64,000 nucleotides of DNA from assembly GCA_002269645.1 (NCBI GenBank), contig NIVC01002359.1, positions 62,001 to 126,000 of the forward strand, read 5' to 3'. Positions 47,117-56,100 of the stretch are shown here, piece after piece. The notes under the pieces are model-generated. The model ran no database searches and was not told where the DNA came from. It worked only from the letters and a program-made list of their open reading frames with translations. The stretch is from Macrostomum lignano. Taxonomy: Eukaryota. The position numbers and the translations under genes are program-made. Numbering within the stretch: the stretch's first letter is position 1; every line of letters starts with the position of its first letter.

Positions 47117-50100
47117 CTCTCTCTGTCTAGTAGCTCAATCTTGTTATTCCTCTCTCTCTCCCTTGCTGCCTTCTGATTGGCTCTCCATTCTCGCCTCTCT
47201 CTTTAGGCGCGCACTCCACCCTTCCCTTTATTATCTGCATTCAACCCCCCCCCCGAGTTAATGTCTGATATAAATATAGTTGTTTGGGCCCTAAATCTCA
47301 CTCTCTTCTTTCTCATCAATTTAACTCTAATTTAGGTAGTTAAGTCTTAATATTTTCACCTCATAGACAACACTGAGTAGTTGTTTAGTAGAAAATCATC
47401 CAGTAATCCTTTAATCGGCTCTCTTCCTTTTTAGCTGACAGAAAGCGCGAGGTTATCGAAGAGATCAATATAGCTTTCCAGAATGGTGAGATACTTCGTC
47501 AAAATCGTCCGTAAATGATACAAAACATGTCATTCAGTTGTAAAGAAACTATATTTGGTAAACTCCTTTTTATGCTATGACTGTTCATTACTACCAACTA
47601 TCCGTTAAACTTGAAGACTTTTAAATTCATTGGCTACATGCAAAGCCCAGCTACCTCTTGTTACATTTATCGTGCTCACTTAACTATGAAAAGTATAATT
47701 TTTTCGTTTTTCGTTTGGCGTTTATCACGGGCAAATATCATAAGATCTATGATCAAGAGTAAGATCGTAAAATTTTCAAAGCCAGGACAGGAGTTAAAAG
47801 TCTATGGCCCGAAGCTGCAACCCAATTTTTATGTTAAAAAGACAGATAAGATAGCTCGAGGACTGACTTTAAGTCAAATTGAAAGTCATATTGAAAAATA
47901 TATAACGATCAACGCCAGTTTCGGTCTTGCTTTTATCATGTCGTTGAGGACTCGCGCAACCTCGACCACGGCGAGCCATCGCAGCCACTACCAAGCTGCC
48001 GCTGGGCGCCGAACTTCATTCGGCCAAGCCCCCAAAGGCCACCATCGCTTTCAGTCATCTGCCAGCAGCGACGCCAGCTGCAGTGACAGCAACGGAAGCA
48101 GCAAGTACTTGTCCCTTGGTCACATCGGAGCCACTCGGACACACAGCCAGACAAGCAGCCCGAGTTCAGAGTGCAGCTTTAACTCAAGGATTCTAGACAA
48201 TGGGAACCGCCAATGGGACCGCCTCATCAAACTGGCAGTGCGCGATGCCAACTCTTCGAACCGCCAGCAGTCGACCAGGCGTCGGAGTCGCCGACATGAC
48301 TCGATGTCACCGCAGCCAATCCAGCCGGTGTTTTCGCCGCCACCGTCGCCCACTGCGAACCCGTACAGGTACCGGCGCGGTCGCAGCGCAGGACGGCAGC
48401 ATGAGGATTCGATCAGCCCTGCGCAGCGTTGGAACGACAACAGTTCCAACCAAAGCAAGATATACGACTTCAGACCGTTGAGACAGCAGCGGCAGAGAAG
48501 AACGGCCTGCAAGCCGCAGTTGCTGCAGCAGCACAAGCATGGACGAATGATGCAGGAACAGCAGCCAAATAAGATCTACGCTGGCAATCACGCGGAGAGC
48601 AATGTGCTGCTCAATCGGAAGCTTAACGACTCACTTCGACGGCTGCAGTCGCAGAGACGAAGCAGCCGCAACTTGGTGCGGTGCAACAATGAGGACAGGT
48701 GGACGTCGTTCTATGGCAAAGACGAAAGCGATTCCAGCCAAAGTGAGCAGGAAGAGAGACCGCTCCCAGTTCAAAAGGCTCAGCAATGGGTGCGGGACAG
48801 GTGCGGCAGAGATGAGCGAGCCCGAGAACTAGAGCCTAGCTGCGATGGCGCCAGAGGCTGCATGCGAGAGACCAGAAGCCACCGCGAGACCCTGTTCAGC
48901 TGCCCGTTCATGGCCCTGTCACTGACGACCAAGATCTACGAGTGCGATAAATGCGCTACCAAATACCACAGCAGTTTGAGCGGCAGTCGGGCTCGAATGC
49001 CATGGGTTCAGCAGTGATTTATTTCATCGACTTTTTTAGATAAAGTGATATTTTAGTAGTGACAATCCTTGCCATTTGTTGCAAAACGGACAAATATTTG
49101 TATTTTTAATATCCTTTTTTGGAAATGCGGACCGGCAGAGAGTTCCTTTGCACTAACACGCAGCCTAATTCGATTTCGGGTGAATTTTTCAGTGAAAATA
49201 AAACTTTAATACACATTTTATCCATTAACTCCTACCATTTTCTAAGTTTTGGCAACTTTGGTGTGCGTTTTTTATTCTACGCTTCGTGTTACCGTAGGTT
49301 GTGTTGGATCGCTTTTCATAAAAACAGCAGTCATCTCAATAAGCGACTGATCCTATATTTCTAAGGTAACAGAAAGATTGCAGAACCTCTGCCAGGCACG
49401 ACGAGATTCAACTTCAACTTCGAAATGCACAGCCATCCTTTTTAGCCCGGACCAGCGGGAGTAATTTTGAAAACTGCACGTCTACATCAACGGAAATCAG
49501 CTCCCGCCAGCTCTCTACCCGAAAATTCTTAGTGTCAAGTTCGACTCCTTGCTGTTCTTCGTTCAGCACTGAAGAATTGACACTAAAAGACGATCACAAT
49601 CATGCTCCCATTTCATAGGCAGAAGTGCGACTGTTAAAACTGAAGCGCAGACTAAATGTGCTAGCTATAGAGCAGCCTGCCAAGCGCTTCAGATGTATCG
49701 TTGATGAAGTAGCGAGTAATGATCCCGGCACTCACGATCATGCTTTTCCTGATGTAGAACAACGAGCCAGGCGTGCGACCCAGTATACCAAGCTCGATCG
49801 AGGAGACATGCATCTCCTAGAATCTGATGAGCTGAACTTGTGAAAATGGTGAGAAATTTTACCAAGGCTCTGCCTCCACCCAAGGACCACTAGGAACACT
49901 TCGTTATATAAGGACGCTACACTCTTGATTCGTGTAAAAATAGTTGAAGGGCGATTTTCGTTGTCGTATACATTAGCGAGATAGATAAATTGCACGATTT
50001 TCATCAAAATATGTGCTGTTTGCAGTAGCTTAAGTTTATTTATTTCACAAATTTTGCAATATAAAACCAGAAACACTTAGCTATATTATATTCCTTTGTG

Positions 50101-53100
50101 GTTTTGTCGTATTTTAAGGTTATTACATTTCTTCAAATTACTTTTGACTAGGCTAGGCCTATGACTAAGACTAATGTTTATTGACAGGGAACCTATTGTA
50201 ATAAATACTTAATAGGCCTAAAACTATTTGATTTCTAACTAGGCATAACCTTAACTGCCTTAACTAACTAGATTTTTTATTGATTGCATGCTTGCAAAGT
50301 ATAAGTATTGACTGCAACTACATGCTTTAGCCCTATCATATTGGTTATTGCCAGAGTTCAAGAATCAAGGCTGTTATTAAGTATATTCTAGTGTCTATTT
50401 TGCTTAGGCCTCTGTTACTGTTGCTGCTTATAAAATTAGACTCATTTTGTATTTTTACTCATTTACACATGTATATATGTATATATATACATATATATGA
50501 AATTATTTATTTATTCATGCTAGGCCTACATAACATTTGGCTAAATATCTATTGGAGGAATTCGAAAACTGAAGGGAACTAGAGTAGGCCTAGGCCCCTT
50601 TTAGAAAAATAGCTTTAGCCTAGCTAATATATTATCCTTTTATTATATGCAAAGAATTAAGCTCAAGTCAGTAATTATCATATAGTTCATTTTTTTAACT
50701 TTGCTTAATTGCAGACCAGCTGTCAGGCCAATGAAGTGCTGTGTGTCAAGATGTACAAGCAACTACACTACTGGTACTATATGGCCAGGGTGGCTTTGAA
50801 TTGCCCTTGAGGCCCATGTCCACACTTTTTTCCATGCTCCTGTGATGCTCTTGGATATCCAGAACTGAGATGCCCAGGTTGGCCACCAACAAATTCCACA
50901 GGTGACTGAGATGACAGACCAGCTATTCTAATGCTTCCTAAACTTAGTATTGATGTGTAGAGTGACAGGGTTTGTCAGCATACACATGTACCATTTGTAG
51001 ACATTAGCCTAACACTGGTTATGAACACTGCTGAATTTGTTAAAATAATTTTTGTGCATTTTTAAAAGCGTTTTTCTTTGTTTTTGTTACTTACTTTTTC
51101 CATTTTCCTTCTTTTAATACTGTTGTCGGATTTCCATCCTCCAAATATTTGTACTTTCTGTTTTGCAATTCAGCCTCGTACTTTTCAGTTAGCCGACTCC
51201 CTTCGTTTACCATACTTTTCCCCACAGACAATTTCAACCGTTAATTTACCACAGATAATTCAGCTAACCTCCTGTTCATTATTGTTAATATAAATACAAG
51301 TTTAACTCGCGGCTTTGGCCCTGGTCCTCTGCTTCACTTCTTTTCTGCCCCGCTAATCACTGTTAAATCAATTTGCAACACTGATCGACAGACAAATCTG
51401 CTCAATATAGTTTATCATACCCCCTCAGTTTTGTGGTGGCCAGACTGCTGTTTATAAGTTTAGCTATAAGCAACTAAACTCGACACAACTTTGCTTGCTT
51501 GCTAAATTACATTGCCACTCGCAAGCCACTTCAATTTACAGATTATAGCTAGAGAGAACAGAATGTTGAAACAGGAGTCTGCTTTGTGATGTTTGACTTT
51601 TTTATTCTCACTCATTTTTCTGGCCCTCTCATGAGAAAGATTTCAAAGGATATAGACCAAAGCATGCGGGTTCTGTATATGATCTCCAGACTTCGACATA
51701 TTTTCAGAAACGTCAATAGCTAATGAAACTACGAGCGTATTCAGAAAAGATTCGCCTAAGATTTTCGCCTCGTTTTTTAATTTTGCTTCCTAAATTTAAA
51801 GATTTGAATACCAAAACGCCCTAAAATATAGGGCGTCTCCAGTGTACAGGATTTTCTTGCATCTACATCTAGTGGGAAACGAAACTAGATGACTTACGTG
51901 GTAGGAGACAAAAATCTGAACAGTCTGGCGAAAAAAGTAACATTCTACATGCAATCGATTCGGAGATACAAACATTTCAATGATCGGCCTTCAATTATTT
52001 TTGCACGATTTGCAAGTGCTGCGTCCTTTTAGTCTAGCAGTCCTTGATTCCACCCAGGAACATTCCATCTTTTTGGTCATTCAGAGCTTTTAAGGTTTAG
52101 AGAAACTGCGCAAAGTGTTCGCAGATGGAACATTTCGTGTGGTTCCGCGCATATGTTACTCCTCACAATCGGAATCTCCAAGCAGGGTTATTTCTTCCCT
52201 GCTTCTTCGCGCTGCTTACCGGAAAATCTAAGGCTGCATAGCATCTTATTTGGACAAAACTTTAGTAGGCTGCGTGCCCTTTGATTTCCCAGTTTCACGA
52301 AGCTGTGAACTCTGATGATTTGAATTACGCTACTGCGCTATTGCGTAATTCAAATGCGTGAATTGTTTAGCATTTCCATTACATCAGATAAGTAAATCCG
52401 TGTCTTATTTGTACAGTGGGCTTGATGTCGAAAGTTTTTTTGAGATTAACGTATTTCAGCCATCACTCAATAGAATGAACAGCGATTGTGCATCATTATA
52501 TACGCTCGTATAAGCTGTTGCTATCCATGTATTACACAAAACATCGGAATGCATTTGTATTTGAAATGATAGCTAAATGTCTCCGTTATGGCAACTCCTC
52601 TCCCTCACATCTCATCCTCTCACGCCATCACTCATCAGTCTTCTTTCCTTTCCAAGACCGATTGTGAATGATTCAGAGCCTAAAATGAATTGCGTAATCA
52701 CAGCAACTTTCATTATCAACTACATACATCACGTTTGGCCCAATGATAAAAGTTTTTGTTTAACTTTCTGTTAGCAAGGTTTCTAATGGTTGGAATATTT
52801 TCCCAAATGAAGACTTTGACGTGAAGAGTTAAATACATTTGGTTATACGAGCTATATTCGAAAATTTTGAACCTGCAAATATCAGTCTTTTAATAGATTT
52901 TTTGAAATCCATGGCGACACTAGCTATAGTAAAAAATATTCTAGCCGTAACAGGCAACCCATTGCCGGCGAAGGATGATCAGAAGCATAGAGCAGGCAAA
53001 TCCTACATCTGCCCATGACTCGGTCGAGATCACACAATCGAGGCTCAGCCAGCACGACCAAAGGAAGCACATGGCTGAAGTGCAAAAAATAATCGACGAT

Positions 53101-56100
53101 TCCAAATTTCCCATTGACGAGTTGGAGCCGGTTATCGATGTCATTTGTGCATTAGCGATCGTAGCGCACACGCAAGTGAAGTCTGGTATCCCAAACCAAA
53201 AAGGCTCTCAGCAGTGTCGCTTTCGCTGTGTATGGCGGGGCACCAAGGAGGCCGGTCAACGCGCACATCCGCCGCCTGCACAAGGAGGACCGAGAGGCCG
53301 AGATTGAGTCTAAGGCCCTGGAAGCAGAGCAGCGTGTCGCCAACGAGGCAGCCGATGCAGGACAGCTGGCGACAAAAAAAACTGTTCCGAATGTCATAAT
53401 CGTGCTTTGCGAGTATCTTAGGGACTTTGACCGGTGGCCTGCTAGCTCAGCTCCTTGCTCCTTGCTCTGGGGCGGAATACATTTCTGCCCAACATGCTAG
53501 TCGGTACAGCAGTTGCCGATTTTGATGGCATCTTTTGGGCGATTTTGAGTTAAAAATAATATTTTTGCATATTTTTGCATAAAGCAGTTGCTTAGAATTT
53601 CAGTCCCTTGAAAATCTAATCAATATTCACTTATCACAAGGCAGTTAACTTAGCTGATTGGTTTGGATTTAGTGGTGTTTAAAAAACAGAAATTGAAGCG
53701 GCTCATCACCACTGGATCTCAGTAGAGAGCCAAGACAGTCCCCAGAAATCCTGTCGGACAAACTTGTCTCAAAAACATAAATAGGAGTCTAAGCGGAGTG
53801 TAAAGCATTATAACAGTATTTACGAGATTTTAGTGTCTGATATAAGTTTCTCAAGTAGGCTCATCCTAGCCGACGTTGCTGATCAGTTAAACAGCTGCTG
53901 GACACAAAGTTGCAGAATATTTATCCCTTATAAATGAGTAGCTCGAAAGTCTTCATATGATTGTTCAGTGTTAGCACGGTTCCCGAGTCGTAAAGGTAGT
54001 AGAATATGCCATCATCTTTGCCGTCAGAGTACATCTTGTAGATTCCGTTCGGGTTGATGGCCGCGCAGTGTCCATACCACCAGCCAGCTGACTTCTCAGC
54101 AGCGCAGCTGCCATAAAAGTGCGCGTCATTGTCATATTCGGGCGTGCTGAACTGGTGATTATTTGGCAAAAAGAGTGCTTCAGTTCTCTGTCCGACGCTT
54201 GACCTGCTCGCGTCCAGTGGTCCCATCAAGCACCTGTACTTATCGGTCACTGGCCCAACAGAGAACGGAGCATTCTCAGCCCAGTACCAATTGCCGTTGA
54301 AGTCACTGAACTCCCAGCGGACTCTCCACACTCCAGTGGCGGTGAGCTGGTGGAGCTGCTCCAGTCCCATCCAGTAGTTGAGTCTCTCGCCCTGACCAAA
54401 TCCGTTCACGTAGTCCCCCCAGTTTCGGTCGAAGCTGACGGAGCCGTCGACTCTGTGCTGGAACGTCGTCCAGCAAGCGCCCAACGGCTCCTTGAACTAA
54501 AATTAACAGGAGATGAAGTTAGCACATGAGAACTCTGTTACAGCTAGACAGTATCCTGATCACTGAGCTGTGCTACTCACCCACAGCTTCGCCAGGCCAG
54601 GATCTCCCACGTGCCGGCACTATCGGCAGGCGTCCTTGCTGCCTCGGTGGCACATCAGCAGGGTGCAGTCACCCGACTCGGCGCTGAATGAGACAGCGTG
54701 AGCAGCTTCGGCTCTGCTCAGACAGTGGATCTTGCTGGCACTCTTGAACACTCGCAGTACCCTGTACTCAGAGATGTCACTAGACTGCAGCTTCCAATTC
54801 GAGAGAGAATTGGAAGAGTCAGCTGGCTCAGCAATCACAGTTAAGGCGATTGCAAACACCCAACAGGCAAATCGCATGTTGGGACTCATTCTGGGATTTT
54901 ATTATTGACTGTCAGAGCTCGATTGGGCGTCAATATCGAGAGAATACCGATATGGAGATCTTATGAGCCGTGTTCGCACCTCGAAAGCGATTTTCCCCCG
55001 CTAAATTGACTTGTATTTATACACAGCAAATAATTCAATGCCAGCTTTGACTGAAAGCTTTTCATTGTGAATCTGAATGGCCCAATGTGTCGCATTGTAG
55101 CCCCCGACAAAGGCTTTTAAACTGGGACCGATTGCTTCATTTGTCTTTTTCTGCTCTGCCGCGCTTGTAAATTTCTGAAAAAGAAATGTTTGCGCCACTG
55201 ACGAGGCCGTGGAGATGCTAGGCTATTATGAAAAATTGCTCATCCACGAGGCGTTTGAAGCTGCGATGCTTTGAATTCGATTTTCAGCTCCCCGACAGGC
55301 AGCAGTTTCAGCTCATTAGCTGTTTAGATTGAAGCTCCATTGTTGAGCTGAATTGTGCAGTTCTGCTATTGCCTTCTTGTAGGCTCTCACAATAACAGGA
55401 TTCAGCTCTTTTTAAATAGGGCTCGACACCGTTTGCTGTTAGATAGGAGCAGTCCAAGGATCTGGAAGGGTGGCAGGTGGAGCAGCCAGAGGATCTGGGA
55501 GGGTGGCGGGTGGAGCAGCCAGAGGAGCTGGGAGGGTGGCAGGTGGAGCAGCCAGAGGAGCTGGGAGGGTGGCGGGTGGGTCAGCCAGAGGATTTGGGAG
55601 GGTGGCGGGGGATCAGCCAGAGGAGCTGGGAGGGTGGCGGGTGCAGCAGCCAGAGGATCTGGGAGGGTGGCAGGGGGGGGACCAGCCAGAGGATCTGGGA
55701 GGGTGGCGGGTGGGTCAGCCAGAGGATCTGGGAGGGTGGCGGGGGATCAGCAAGAGGATCTGGGAGGGTGGCGGGGGATCAGCAAGAGGATCTGGGAGGG
55801 TGGCGGGGGATCAGCAAGAGGATCTGGGAGGGTGGCGGGGGATCAGCAAGAGGATCTGGGAGGGTAGCGGCGGACCAGCCAGAGGATCTGGGAGGGTGGC
55901 GGGGGACACCAGCCAGAGGATCTGGGAGGGTGGCGGGGGATCAGCAAGAGGATCTGGGAGGGGTAGCGGGGGACCAGCCAGAGGATCTGGGAGGGTGGCG
56001 GGGGATCAGCAAGAGGATCTGGGAGGGTGGCGGGGGACCAGCTAGAGGATCAGGGAGATCATTAATTATTGAGCAAGACCAATTGAGTAACCAATCGAGC

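Noticed and set aside
49625-50930. Short ORFs and exon-like segments downstream of the LINE fragment
   Set aside because: Multiple stops in all frames and no recognisable motif.
37930-55240. Additional CTGANGA motifs (e.g. ~37933, ~49824, ~52312, ~55199) as further hammerheads
   Set aside because: They lack a stem II followed by GAAA and a matching NUH/stem I; the one at ~37933 lies within a TMX3 exon.
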